Shown here piece after piece: positions 1-10,062 of a DNA stretch of 42,185 nt (the stretch's first letter is position 1; every line of letters starts with the position of its first letter). Made by a program: the position numbers and the translations under genes. The DNA is from Deltaproteobacteria bacterium (GTDB taxonomy: Bacteria; Myxococcota_A; Polyangia; JAAYKL01), in assembly GCA_030591725.1 (NCBI GenBank), contig JAUVAN010000003.1, forward strand, positions 1-42,185, given 5' to 3'. Under the pieces are notes generated by a model, which worked only from the letters and a program-made list of their open reading frames with translations, had not been told where the DNA came from and ran no database searches.

Positions 1-10
1 CGCCAAGTTT

Positions 11-1207
11 GTGCTCAACCTCAGGGGCAAGGACGGTAAACCGATAACCGGCGCCACCGCAACAGCGACGGTGTATCTGCCCGGTCCCTGGCCGGGCCAC
101 GACGTGGCTCTGGAGGTGGGTTCCAACCTGGCGTTGGTCAAGAAGCTCAAGCAGTCCAAGAGCATGGCGGCGGTAGATAGTGGATCCGTGGCCGACACGA
201 TACTCGGACAGATGTACTCAAAGAGTGCCTTTGAGCCGGGGCCGCAGAAGAAACTGACGTTGTCGCACGTGGGCAAGGGAGTCTATGAGGCGCAGCTCAA
301 GCTAGACCGGCCGGGGCCTCACAACATTGATGTCAGCGTGGGATTGGATCGCAAGAGCCTTCCGGGTGAGCGAGATTTCAAATTGAAGGCGCACATCGAC
401 AGAATAGGCGATATCTACTCGGCGGTGGATGCCAGGGCAGAGAAAGCGTTTGTCAAGAAGGCAGCGGGGGCTCGCCAGGCCTTTGGGCTCGAATTGCGAA
501 GACAACTCTCCGCGGGCTTCCTCCCCACGGTCAAGGATTCCGAGACCGGTGGGTATTTCATGAGCGGAGAGACAATCCGCCTGATGGTGCAGCCTGCGGG
601 CAAGGGAGACGTGCTTCTCGGGCCCGGCTGGGCAGACTCTATCCAGTTCGTCGCGCCCGGTGGCGAAGTGCTTCCGTGGCCTGTCGTCGACCTGGGGGAC
701 GGAGACTACTTGCTGGACTTCCAGCTCGACGCGACCGGCCCGAGATTCGACATGGGCAGCACGGCCATCGTTTCGGACCGGATGGTGTTGAGGCATGCGT
801 CAGGAGCGGACATCGGCGTGGCCGATCACACACTCCCGCTCAAGGGTTTCTCGGTGACGGTGCTTGGAATCAAGATGCCCATCGAAGTTCGGGCCCTGGT
901 GGGTAACCGGAGATCCGGAGAGGTTCACCTGATCACCTGTCGGTACGCTGAGAAGATCGTCACGAAGAACAAAGTCTGGTTGCACGATCTGAAGCAGGCC
1001 AAACGCCTGGGTTACGACACCTGCGAGCACTGCCTGCCGCTCATCTGCAATACGGATCCGAACCACATGGAGGCTCACAAGTTGTTCTGCTCGCACGTCC
1101 GGAGGATAAAGACATCCAACCGTATCGAGGTTCACAACTGGAGCCAGGCCGAGAAACTCGGATTCGACGGGTGTTTCCACTGCCTGAAAGATAAACACAC
1201 CAGGTAG
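11..1207 (+). CDS. 5'-truncated protein with Ig-like/YtkA-like segments and two C-terminal Ada-type metal-binding (H-x3-C ... C-x2-C) modules
   Basis: The frame is open to the left edge of the window. The C-terminus has GNRRSGEVHLITC...AKRLGYDTCEHC and CNTDPNHMEAHKLFC...AEKLGFDGCFHC, which resemble the Ada_Zn_binding pattern. Confidence 0.6.
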   Translation: MLNLRGKDGKPITGATATATVYLPGPWPGHDVALEVGSNLALVKKLKQSKSMAAVDSGSVADTILGQMYSKSAFEPGPQKKLTLSHVGKGVYEAQLKLDRPGPHNIDVSVGLDRKSLPGERDFKLKAHIDRIGDIYSAVDARAEKAFVKKAAGARQAFGLELRRQLSAGFLPTVKDSETGGYFMSGETIRLMVQPAGKGDVLLGPGWADSIQFVAPGGEVLPWPVVDLGDGDYLLDFQLDATGPRFDMGSTAIVSDRMVLRHASGADIGVADHTLPLKGFSVTVLGIKMPIEVRALVGNRRSGEVHLITCRYAEKIVTKNKVWLHDLKQAKRLGYDTCEHCLPLICNTDPNHMEAHKLFCSHVRRIKTSNRIEVHNWSQAEKLGFDGCFHCLKDKHTR

Positions 1208-1255
1208 GGAATCCTGTTTTCGCAATTGCGCGAAGATGAGTTATTCTCGTCAAAT

Positions 1256-2269
1256 ATGAGCACCCTGTCTGCCAGCGTAGCGAATGCCATCTTGAGGGCT
1301 ACTACTACGTCGAACGAAGAGTTCGAGCACGTAGCTGCCGAGATCGGGTTCGACTTGTCCGAGCTTCGCGATCCCGAAGCCCGCGTGAGCTACGATCAGT
1401 ATGTCTCCATATGGAACGAGGCCATCCATCGTACCGGCGACACGTACCTCGGGCTCCACGTGGCCGAGCGCGTGAACATGGACCAGCTCGGTGTGGTCTC
1501 TCAGGCTTGTCTGTTGTGCTCCAACCTCGGGCAGGCGCTGGATCTTTTACTGCGGTACAACCGCCTGACCAACGACGCGCTCGACGTTCATCTCGAGCAT
1601 ACCGACGACGAGGTGAGGCTCTCATTCAAACTCGCCTTTCCACCCTGGGCCGTGCCCCGCCCGGAGGCCGAGTTCGTCATGGCCGTGATATGCCATTCAA
1701 TCAGCCGTGTCCTTGGCAGGAAGATTTACCCGCTCGAGGTCCGTTTCAAGCACACGGAACCACCGGAGATAGGCGAGTACAAACGAGTATTCGGCAGTAA
1801 CCTCGTCTTTCGCCACCGGATCAATGAGCTGGTTTTTTCATCCACGCTTCTCGATGAGCCGAGCAGTAACTCCGATCCGGCGGCGTGCGCCGAAATGGAA
1901 AAGCGTTCGGCGGAGATGATCAAGAGGCTTCCTCCCGCTGATCCATTGATCGACAAACTGCGCAAGATGGTCTTCAACGCTCTGGGAATGGGCGACGTGT
2001 CAATGCAATCCATTGCGCGTCGAATGAATATCAGCGTCGACAAGCTGCGAAAGGAACTCACGACCCGGAGGACCTCCTTTCGATTCCTGGTCAACTCCAT
2101 CAAGCGGGATATCGCGCTCGTCTATCTGGAGGACCGGAGCTGGTCTCTGGCGGACGTGGCCTTTGTGCTCGGATTCTCTGATACGTCCTCTTTCAATCGG
2201 TCGTTTCGGGGATGGACAGGAGAGACGCCGACCGAGTATCGGAGGTTCTTCTTCGGGGATCCGGAATAG
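1256..2269 (+). CDS. AraC family transcriptional regulator (Arabinose_bd_2-type N-domain plus C-terminal double HTH)
   Basis: C-terminal SLADVAFVLGFSDTSSFNRSFRGWTGETPTEYR is the AraC signature; the N-domain has DPEARVSYDQY...GDTYLGLHVA. ATG 1256 was preferred over TTG 1226. Confidence 0.9.
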   Translation: MSTLSASVANAILRATTTSNEEFEHVAAEIGFDLSELRDPEARVSYDQYVSIWNEAIHRTGDTYLGLHVAERVNMDQLGVVSQACLLCSNLGQALDLLLRYNRLTNDALDVHLEHTDDEVRLSFKLAFPPWAVPRPEAEFVMAVICHSISRVLGRKIYPLEVRFKHTEPPEIGEYKRVFGSNLVFRHRINELVFSSTLLDEPSSNSDPAACAEMEKRSAEMIKRLPPADPLIDKLRKMVFNALGMGDVSMQSIARRMNISVDKLRKELTTRRTSFRFLVNSIKRDIALVYLEDRSWSLADVAFVLGFSDTSSFNRSFRGWTGETPTEYRRFFFGDPE

Positions 2270-2271
2270 TC

Positions 2272-2982
2272 ATGCGAAAACCTGTACCAGCGGTGGCCGA
2301 AGAGAATGTTTCAGACATCCACGTGGTGATCGCCGCTTACAACGAGGAGCGATCGATAGGTGATGTGATCTCTCAATTGCGACGAGGTTACTCAAATGTG
2401 ATCGTCGTCGATGACGGATCGAGCGATGACACTTCAAAAAAAGCTCTGCAAGCCGGAGCCACTGTCCTGCGGCATGTAATCAATCGCGGTCAGGGGGCGG
2501 CGCTCCAGACGGGTATTACTTTCGCCCTGAGACGCGGAGCAAGGGTGCTGGTCACGTTCGATGCGGACGGACAGCATTCAGTGGAAGACATCCCGGCGAT
2601 GGTCGCGCCGATCCTCGACGGTCGTGCGCAGATAACTCTTGGATCTCGGTTCATCGAGGACTCGAGTTCCGTTCCCTTCGGACGCAGGGTTCTTCTGGGA
2701 GCTGCCGTGATTTTCACTCGCCTGACCTCGGGTATGCAGCTTACCGACAGTCACAACGGTTTTCGGGCGTTCTCCCGGGAGGCCGCGAAACAACTGGATA
2801 TCCGGCTCGACCGGATGGCCCACGCCAGCGAGATCATCGACCAGATCCGCCGCAGCCGGCTGCCTTATCTGGAGATTCCAGTCCACATCCGGTATACCGA
2901 GTACTCGATGGCCAAGGGACAGAGTTCGGCGAACGCCATCAAGGTGGCGGCAGACTATCTGATCAACAAGTTTATGGAATGA
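2272..2982 (+). CDS. GT2 glycosyltransferase, DPM1-like (polyprenol-phosphate glycosyltransferase)
   Basis: VVIAAYNEE, VVDDGSSD, NRGQGAAL, FDADGQH, GSRF, TDSHNGFRAF; followed by a DUF2304 gene, the usual partner. Confidence 0.9.
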   Translation: MRKPVPAVAEENVSDIHVVIAAYNEERSIGDVISQLRRGYSNVIVVDDGSSDDTSKKALQAGATVLRHVINRGQGAALQTGITFALRRGARVLVTFDADGQHSVEDIPAMVAPILDGRAQITLGSRFIEDSSSVPFGRRVLLGAAVIFTRLTSGMQLTDSHNGFRAFSREAAKQLDIRLDRMAHASEIIDQIRRSRLPYLEIPVHIRYTEYSMAKGQSSANAIKVAADYLINKFME

Positions 2983-3353
2983 CAGCTTTTCAAATAATTG
3001 CCATATCATTTCTCGCGTTGCTGATCGCCTTCAGCACGTGGAAGATGATCCAGAAGAAGGCCCGAAAACGAGTCGCGCTCACATGGATTCTCTTGTGGGT
3101 CATTGCGCTGGCCGCTGTTCTTGTGCCCGATAAAATAACGGAGCTGGCTCATTTTCTGGGAATCAATCGCGGCGCCGATCTCATCCTCTATTGCTCCGTT
3201 CTCGCCGGCCTGGTGAGTTTCTTCTATCTTCTGACAAAGCAGCGGGCTACCCAACGTCAGATCACTTTATTGACCAGGCAACTCGCCATCAAGAACGCAG
3301 ACGACCCCACTGAGGACGTCAAGGAGGAGGGCGTTGACCCAGAAGGACGTTAG
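2979..3353 (+). CDS. DUF2304 family small membrane protein
   Basis: About three TM segments, LAHFLGINRGADLILY and ITLLTRQLAI; ATGA overlap with the upstream GT2. Confidence 0.8.
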   Translation: MTAFQIIAISFLALLIAFSTWKMIQKKARKRVALTWILLWVIALAAVLVPDKITELAHFLGINRGADLILYCSVLAGLVSFFYLLTKQRATQRQITLLTRQLAIKNADDPTEDVKEEGVDPEGR

Positions 3354-4320
3354 CCTCGTGATCCCCGGTCGGGATTGCGAGAAGACCCTGGCCCAATGCC
3401 TGGAGTCAGTAGTCCCGCTTCTGAACGGGCCCCGCCTCAAGGAAATTATCTTTGTGGACGACGGATCGGTTGATAGCAGCGCTGAGATCGCCTCGAGATA
3501 TTCGGTTACCGTCTTGAAGGGTACCGGTTCCGGGCCCGGGGCCGCCAGGAATCTCGGATGGCGAGCTTGTAATACGCCCTTTGTGTGGTTCATCGATTCG
3601 GACTGTGTTGCCGAAGATGGGGCACTTGATATCCTGATGAATCATCTTGAAGATCCCACCGTTGCCGGTGTCGGCGGAAGTTACGGTAACATGCGGCCGG
3701 ATTCGCTATTGTCGTGCCTTATTCATGAGGAGATAGTCGCTCGTCACGCCAGGATGCCCGACCGGGTAAACTTTCTCGCCACCTTCAATGTAGTTTACAG
3801 GCGCAAGATCCTCGAAGACCTCGACGGTTTCAACGAGACCTTCATCAACGCCCAGGACGCGGAATTTTCTTTCCGTGTTCACCGGGCCGGCCACACATTG
3901 GCCTTCGACATCGCATCTCGGGTCAAGCATCACCACCCGGTTGCCCTTGCATCTTATCTTCGTACACAAAACCGTCAGGGTTATTGGCGAGCGCTATTGT
4001 ATGCTCACCACCCGAAAATGATGAAGGGGGACTCATACAGCGGTATGAGCGATCACATTCAGCCCGTGCTCACCATGCTTTCAATCGGAATGGCACCAAT
4101 AATTCTCCTCGGTCCCCTCGGCATGTTGCAGATCCCGTTGCTCTCGGCGCTGGCGCTCTCCCAGGTCCCGATGACCGCCAGACTCGTGGCCCAGACAGGG
4201 GATCCGAAGTTCCTGAGCTTCGCGGCGTTGAGCATGATACGCGCATATGCAAGAGGAGCTGGATTGGCCAGGGGCGGAGCGCAGGGATTGCTGACTCGAT
4301 TGCGGGGGAGGGCGAAATGA
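3334..4320 (+). CDS. GT2 glycosyltransferase with C-terminal membrane segments
   Basis: SLVIPGRD, FVDDGSVD, GPGAARNLG, FIDSDC, GFNETF...QDAEFSFR. Confidence 0.85.
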   Translation: MTQKDVSLVIPGRDCEKTLAQCLESVVPLLNGPRLKEIIFVDDGSVDSSAEIASRYSVTVLKGTGSGPGAARNLGWRACNTPFVWFIDSDCVAEDGALDILMNHLEDPTVAGVGGSYGNMRPDSLLSCLIHEEIVARHARMPDRVNFLATFNVVYRRKILEDLDGFNETFINAQDAEFSFRVHRAGHTLAFDIASRVKHHHPVALASYLRTQNRQGYWRALLYAHHPKMMKGDSYSGMSDHIQPVLTMLSIGMAPIILLGPLGMLQIPLLSALALSQVPMTARLVAQTGDPKFLSFAALSMIRAYARGAGLARGGAQGLLTRLRGRAK

Positions 4321-4360
4321 AAACCCAAAGAGCCATCTATCAGCGACAACGAGGCGGCCG

Positions 4361-6025
4361 GTGACGGAAAAAATTGATCAGTTTCTGGACAGACGCTTCT
4401 ACTGGGTCATTGCTACTATCTGCGTGATCTACGCCGTGATCGAGATGATCTACGTGACCGGCCTCCCGCTGGTCATGGACGAGTTTCGGGGCGCCTGGGC
4501 CGTCACGCGTTTTTCGGAGGGGATCCCGTATCGCGACTTCATGCCGTACAAGACCATTCTCGGTTACTACATACAGCTCCCTGCGCTGATGCTCCCGGGC
4601 GACACCTGGTCAAAGCTGATGTACGTGAAGACAGAGATGACGGTCATCAACACCGTCGCCATTTTCTTTGCCTGTGTCCTCCTCGCTCGTCAATTTCGTA
4701 GAAGCGCCGTTGTCTTCGCCGCACTATTGATGGTCTTCGTTAGCACTTTTCTGGAACGATCCGGTGCCCTTCGAGTGGACATGCTCACTGCCTGGTTCGG
4801 CCTGTTCTCCTTGCTGTTTACCCTCGAGCGCCGGATGATCACGGCGGGCCTGCTGGTCTCGTTGAGCTTTCTCACTTCTCAAAAAGGCGTCTACTACGCC
4901 CTGGCTGCAGGGTCGGCCTTGTTCACGTACTGGCTTTTTTGCGATCGCACAAAAGAAACCTTCATCCAGATGGTCAAGTACGCCCTCGCGGCGATCATCC
5001 CTATCGCTATTTACTTTGGGGTTTTCGGCCTCGTCGGAAGGAGCATGGGCGGCACGGTAGATCAGGTGGTCGTTGCCAATAAGGCCGTCGCGCTCGAAAA
5101 CCTGTACGTGGAGGTCAAGCGGTACTGGTTTCAGACCGTGGAGCGAAACCCCCTCTTTTACGGCCTGACCGCGATCGCGGTCGGAAGATTGTTCGCCCGG
5201 CGCGCGGAAGGATTTGTGGAGTGGATCCTTTGTGTGTACGGAGCAGTTTTCATGGGCCTGTGCATCTGGCACCGGCAGCCCTGGCCGTACTTCTTCGTCA
5301 TGGTAATTCCCATCGGGTTTGTTCTCATCGCGTCGCTGCTGCACGGGGAGGCAAAAGAGCGCGGCTCTCTGTCAATCTCGTTTATGGTGATTATCCTCCT
5401 TGTGGGCGTGGCCTTCCCCCTGTGGAATCGAATGCCCGTGGTGCTCGAGCGGGGTAACGGAGCCCAGAAAAACACGGTCGTTGTGTCTGACTATATCCTT
5501 GGAGACAACGATCCAAGCCTGGACGGCATCAGCATGATGTTCAACAATCCTTCCCCCAAAGGAAAATTTGGGTGGCTGGACAGGGGAAAGCTGTGGAGCC
5601 TGAAGCGAACGCCGGTCGCCGAATCGATAAACACCATCGAGAAGAGATTTCCAAAGATAGTGATCATGAACTATCGCATCCGGTCGCTTCCCCGGGCTGT
5701 GTACAAGTACATCAGGAAGACCTACTGGCGACTGCACGGTAATGTGTTTATCTACAGTCCCATCATCAAGAGTGGTGTGTTAAAGATCAAGATCCGGTTC
5801 GACGGGACATACCGGGCGGTCAACTTCAAGGGGGGCTCGAGGACCGTGAAGATCGACGGCAAAGAGATCAAGCAAGGCGACCTCCTGTTTCTGGATGCGG
5901 GGAAGCACACCGTCGATTCCAACGTCAAGCTCCGTCTTCGCCTCGAGCCAGAGGGGTGGAGGAATGTAGCGGATCCCCTGTACGAGAGACAGAGTTCGAT
6001 TTTCGACAAGCCGTATCGGTATTGA
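4361..6025 (+). CDS. polytopic membrane glycosyltransferase (GT-C / ArnT-PMT-like)
   Basis: An acidic DE pair after the first TM (LVMDEF), PYRDF, about 10 TM segments, a soluble C-terminal tail, and the position next to a DPM1-like GT2. Confidence 0.6.
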   Translation: MTEKIDQFLDRRFYWVIATICVIYAVIEMIYVTGLPLVMDEFRGAWAVTRFSEGIPYRDFMPYKTILGYYIQLPALMLPGDTWSKLMYVKTEMTVINTVAIFFACVLLARQFRRSAVVFAALLMVFVSTFLERSGALRVDMLTAWFGLFSLLFTLERRMITAGLLVSLSFLTSQKGVYYALAAGSALFTYWLFCDRTKETFIQMVKYALAAIIPIAIYFGVFGLVGRSMGGTVDQVVVANKAVALENLYVEVKRYWFQTVERNPLFYGLTAIAVGRLFARRAEGFVEWILCVYGAVFMGLCIWHRQPWPYFFVMVIPIGFVLIASLLHGEAKERGSLSISFMVIILLVGVAFPLWNRMPVVLERGNGAQKNTVVVSDYILGDNDPSLDGISMMFNNPSPKGKFGWLDRGKLWSLKRTPVAESINTIEKRFPKIVIMNYRIRSLPRAVYKYIRKTYWRLHGNVFIYSPIIKSGVLKIKIRFDGTYRAVNFKGGSRTVKIDGKEIKQGDLLFLDAGKHTVDSNVKLRLRLEPEGWRNVADPLYERQSSIFDKPYRY

Positions 6026-6065
6026 ATAGGATGAACAAGAAGGGATCCGATCGGCAGAGGTGACT

Positions 6066-7238
6066 ATGGCCAGAATAGCAATGGTGGTCAGCAATCGCCA
6101 CGACCCGGACGTTCGCGTCCAAAAAGAAGCGGCGACCCTGACGCGAGCCGGCCACAATGTAACGATTTACGCGTTCGACCGGGAGCACAACGCGTCCCGA
6201 CTTCCAGAAACAATGGATGGCGTACGGATCGAGCGTATCCAGGTGCGTGAAGCACCCATTGGCAATCTTCCCCTTACAATGATGGGGCTGGTCGAATTTC
6301 GAGCTGAAGTGAGAAGGCGCCTTTTGGCGAACCCAGTCCAGGTTGTTCACTGCCACGATCAGGACACCTGTGCCGTCGGCCTGTGGTGGAAACAAGAAGG
6401 CGCGGAAAAGAGCGGTCCTGGTTCACGAGGGTACTTCGTGTTCGACGCCCACGATCTGTACTGGACCTGGCTACTGATGCCCGATCCTAAATCGCTCTGG
6501 AGGAAATGCGGCGCACAGGTTCTCAAGGCCCAGGCATTCGGTTATGCAAGGGCGGCCGATCTCGTCATCACCGTCACCGAAGGCTCCTTGCGCCATCCCG
6601 GATTGGCGGAGGTTTTTCGCGGTTGGGGTATCGAGCCTGAGGTGATCTGGAATGCTCCTCATGTTCCCGAATCGGTCCCTGGATTGCCCGGGCGGTTCAC
6701 CGTTGGTTACATTGGATCGGTACGCGAGCCGGCGATGTTCAATTGGCTCATCTCGGCCATTGCAGCAATTCCAGCAAAAGAGCGTCCGGCGCTGTTCGTT
6801 GCCGGCGGCGGTGCGGCGGAATCCGTCGTGACAGAAAATCTGCAAACGGCCTCGGAGAAACTCGATTTCCCCCTGATAGTCACCGGGCGATTTTCACTGG
6901 ATGAACTCCCGTCCCTGATGGCGCAAACGAGCATCCAGTACTGCCTGTACCCACAAGACCGCGGGAATATCGCTCGCGCAATGCCAGTCAAACTACTCGA
7001 ATCCATCGCATACGGCCGACCCGTCATCGGCAATGCAGATACATTGATGGGGGAGTGGATCGAACGCAACAAGTGGGGATATCAAGTACCGCAAGCCGAT
7101 CCGGAAGCGCTTGCGAAGGCTATCCGGGCCGCTCAGGTTGGTCTTTCCCGTGGTGATTTCTCCGTATTGCGGGAGGCGCCACTCTGGAGTGACGAAGGAC
7201 AGAAGCTGGTAAGCGTTTATGAGCGTCTGTTGAAGTAA
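6066..7238 (+). CDS. GT4 family glycosyltransferase
   Basis: DVRVQKEAATL, VHCHDQD, VFDAHD, PVKLLESIAYGRPVI. Confidence 0.85.
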   Translation: MARIAMVVSNRHDPDVRVQKEAATLTRAGHNVTIYAFDREHNASRLPETMDGVRIERIQVREAPIGNLPLTMMGLVEFRAEVRRRLLANPVQVVHCHDQDTCAVGLWWKQEGAEKSGPGSRGYFVFDAHDLYWTWLLMPDPKSLWRKCGAQVLKAQAFGYARAADLVITVTEGSLRHPGLAEVFRGWGIEPEVIWNAPHVPESVPGLPGRFTVGYIGSVREPAMFNWLISAIAAIPAKERPALFVAGGGAAESVVTENLQTASEKLDFPLIVTGRFSLDELPSLMAQTSIQYCLYPQDRGNIARAMPVKLLESIAYGRPVIGNADTLMGEWIERNKWGYQVPQADPEALAKAIRAAQVGLSRGDFSVLREAPLWSDEGQKLVSVYERLLK

Positions 7239-7281
7239 GGTCCGTTGTTTCGTCGGCCTTTTCACGCTATATCTTCAACCC

Positions 7282-8421
7282 ATGAGTTCGATGAAAAGAG
7301 TCGTCTCGTTTGTGTTGAACAATTTCACGAACGACAACAGGGTGCACAAGACTGCGAGGTCCCTCGCCGAAGCGGGTTATGACGTTACCGTCATGGCCCT
7401 GAAGCGGGGCGATGTCAAAGTCCGGGAAGAGATGGACGGCTTCAAGATTCGAAGAATCGAACTCATGTCCGATCTCCTTCCCGATGGAAAGATCTTCTCT
7501 GTTTTCAGACTTGCCGAGTTAGTAACAAAGACTTTCAATAACGGCGATAGGTTCGACATCTGCCACTGTAATGATTTCGAGCCAATGATTGTTGCGTCCC
7601 TGTGGAAAAAGCAAAATCCATCGCTGAAGATTGTCTACGATACTCACGAATACGCCCGGGAGAAGAACGGATTGAACGGGCTCAAGAAACTGTTTGTCAG
7701 GAGTGTCGAGCCCCTGTTGATCAAGAATGCAGACGAAGTGATCACGGTGAGCGAAGGCATAGCAACGGAATACAGGCGACTCTTCGGGCTCGAAAAAGTC
7801 AACGTGATCTACAATGCTCCTCACAAGGAGAAGACGAAGCGGCGGGACTTGCTTCAGAAGAACCTTGGTATCGGCCGGGAGAAAAAGATCTTTCTTTACC
7901 AGGGCGGGCTGGCGAAGGGACGCGGCGTCGAGCTGTTGATCAAGTCCTTTGAACGACTGCAGGAAACAAACGCCGTACTCGTCTTCATGGGTTACGGCGA
8001 TCTGATCACAAAAGTTCAGGAAGCCGCCGATAGAGAAACCAACATCTACTACCATCCGGTGGTACCGTACGACGAAATAGTGGCCCATACTTCCTCTGCA
8101 GATTTTGGTCTTCTTTCCGTGGAGAATGTTTGTCTCAGCTACTATTACTGCATGCCAAACAAGATGTTCGAATACATACATGCCCAAATTCCCATCATCA
8201 CCACCAACCTTCACGACTGTAAAAACCTGATAGAGGAAGAAAAGATCGGCCTGGTGATCCCCGAGTTCACAGTGGACAAAACTGTTGAAACCATTGAGGA
8301 AGCGCTCAAAATCGACACAGCACAGTTCGCTCCGGGTCTGCGTGCCGCAAAAGAGAAATTCCACTGGGCAATTGAAGAAAAAAAGTTGCTTGGCATATAT
8401 GCGCATCTGGAAAGTCGTTGA
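7282..8421 (+). CDS. GT4 family glycosyltransferase
   Basis: NDNRVHK, HCNDF, VYDTHE, LYQGGLAKGRG, PNKMFEYIHAQIPII. Confidence 0.9.
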   Translation: MSSMKRVVSFVLNNFTNDNRVHKTARSLAEAGYDVTVMALKRGDVKVREEMDGFKIRRIELMSDLLPDGKIFSVFRLAELVTKTFNNGDRFDICHCNDFEPMIVASLWKKQNPSLKIVYDTHEYAREKNGLNGLKKLFVRSVEPLLIKNADEVITVSEGIATEYRRLFGLEKVNVIYNAPHKEKTKRRDLLQKNLGIGREKKIFLYQGGLAKGRGVELLIKSFERLQETNAVLVFMGYGDLITKVQEAADRETNIYYHPVVPYDEIVAHTSSADFGLLSVENVCLSYYYCMPNKMFEYIHAQIPIITTNLHDCKNLIEEEKIGLVIPEFTVDKTVETIEEALKIDTAQFAPGLRAAKEKFHWAIEEKKLLGIYAHLESR

Positions 8422-8476
8422 TAGTTGGCATGTCTCTTATAGTTACTAGAGTCATCATTTGCCGGTCAGAAAATCC

Positions 8477-10024
8477 ATGAGCAAGATTGTTATCAGTAAA
8501 AAGCTCGCTTTCATCAATTCCGCCAGCGCATTTTTCATTCGCGTCTTGAGCATATCTGTACTTGTCTGGCTGCAGAGATTTCTTCTCAGTACCATTGATG
8601 TTGACGAGTATAGTCTTCTTCCAGTCTTGACCTCCCTGATTGTATTTCTGCCCCTCTTTTCCGGCACTCTCACAAATGGCTTATCAAGATTCGTAATCGA
8701 AGCGTATGCAACGGGAGACAATCAACGCGTCACGCAGATTACTTCGTCGATGAGTTTGCTCATTTTTCCTTTTGGGTTGGTAATCCTTGTAGCGGGAGGG
8801 ATTTTCGCATGGAATGTCGGAAATATTCTGACCGTCAGTGAACACCTCATTCCCGATGCCCGTTTGATGATGTTCTTGATGGTAATATCGTTTGTCCTCA
8901 ATACCGTAATGACGCCATTTCTCACCGGTTTCCATGTCAAACAGAAATTCGTCGCTCTCAATCTGATTAAACTTGGCCAGGAGTTATTGAGATTTGCGTT
9001 GCTCTTTCTTCTTCTTTTTGGAATTGGACCCAAAGTACTCTGGCTGGTCGTCGCTTCTTTTATTGCCGACATTACGTCGCTCTGTGTGAAGGTTACCTAT
9101 TCGTATCGACTAGTTCCATCAATTCGTTTCCGTTTCAGTCAGAGGAACTGGTCTGTTGCAAAGGAGGTCTCTTCTTTCGGCGGTTGGAGCATTCTTGGGC
9201 AACTAGCTAATTTGATTCGCCTGAGTGCGAATCCGATTATTCTCAACAAACTCAGCACTGAACTTGAGGTGGCCTGTTTTCATCTGGGCTCGATGCCGAC
9301 AACTCAGATTAGCCAGTTTCTGACTGTCATTCAGCAGCCGTTGAATCCACAACTGACCGCGCTATATGCAATGAAACGCATGGACGACTTGCGTAAAGCA
9401 TACGTTCGTGTGAACCGTTATGCTCTATTGGTTGTGTTGCTGGTGGCTGTGCCTCTCATGGTTTTCGCGGACGAATTAGTCATTCTCTGGGTTGGCAGCA
9501 ATTACTCTGATGCTGCATTGGTGGCAATACTTGGACTCGCCGTTTTTCCAACGCTGTATGCCAATATGCTTATGGGCAATATCGTAATTGCTACCGGCAA
9601 AATACGACAGTTCGCCATATTTTCATTGCTAATCCAGATAGGGAATCTGTTGCTGACTCTCTATCTTGTGGGAGAACAGCATCTTGGCGCCGTGGGAGCA
9701 GCATTTTCCAATTTTGTTACCATGTCTTTCGTTTTTCCCGTTGTCATGATTCCAATTACATTGCGACTTATTGATCTGAAGCTCTCTCGGTTCTTGAGAG
9801 ATACGGTCATTCCCGGTTGGCTCCCAGGAATCGCAGCAGTGTTCGTTGCCCTATCACTCAAATACTTCTTACAACCCGACACAATATTGTGGTTGATTCT
9901 CTCTGGTGTTATTATTACGTCTGTATATGTGTTAACGGCACTGCGATTTTCTCTAACAGAAGAAGACCATAAGATGATAAATACCTTTTTGACTGAAACA
10001 CGTGCCAAAATTCCCTTTTTATAG
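8477..10024 (+). CDS. oligosaccharide flippase (Wzx/MOP superfamily)
   Basis: About 12-14 TM segments, around 515 aa, SFGGWSILGQL and LGAVGAA, inside a glycan cluster; start is uncertain (8459 or 8477). Confidence 0.8.
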   Translation: MSKIVISKKLAFINSASAFFIRVLSISVLVWLQRFLLSTIDVDEYSLLPVLTSLIVFLPLFSGTLTNGLSRFVIEAYATGDNQRVTQITSSMSLLIFPFGLVILVAGGIFAWNVGNILTVSEHLIPDARLMMFLMVISFVLNTVMTPFLTGFHVKQKFVALNLIKLGQELLRFALLFLLLFGIGPKVLWLVVASFIADITSLCVKVTYSYRLVPSIRFRFSQRNWSVAKEVSSFGGWSILGQLANLIRLSANPIILNKLSTELEVACFHLGSMPTTQISQFLTVIQQPLNPQLTALYAMKRMDDLRKAYVRVNRYALLVVLLVAVPLMVFADELVILWVGSNYSDAALVAILGLAVFPTLYANMLMGNIVIATGKIRQFAIFSLLIQIGNLLLTLYLVGEQHLGAVGAAFSNFVTMSFVFPVVMIPITLRLIDLKLSRFLRDTVIPGWLPGIAAVFVALSLKYFLQPDTILWLILSGVIITSVYVLTALRFSLTEEDHKMINTFLTETRAKIPFL

Positions 10025-10062
10025 GAACAGAATCAAGTGAAAAGGAAAGCGCGGTAAATGAA

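Noticed and set aside
8426-8441. Sigma-54-like TGGCATG upstream of the flippase
   Set aside because: The -12 element reads TTAT rather than TTGC.
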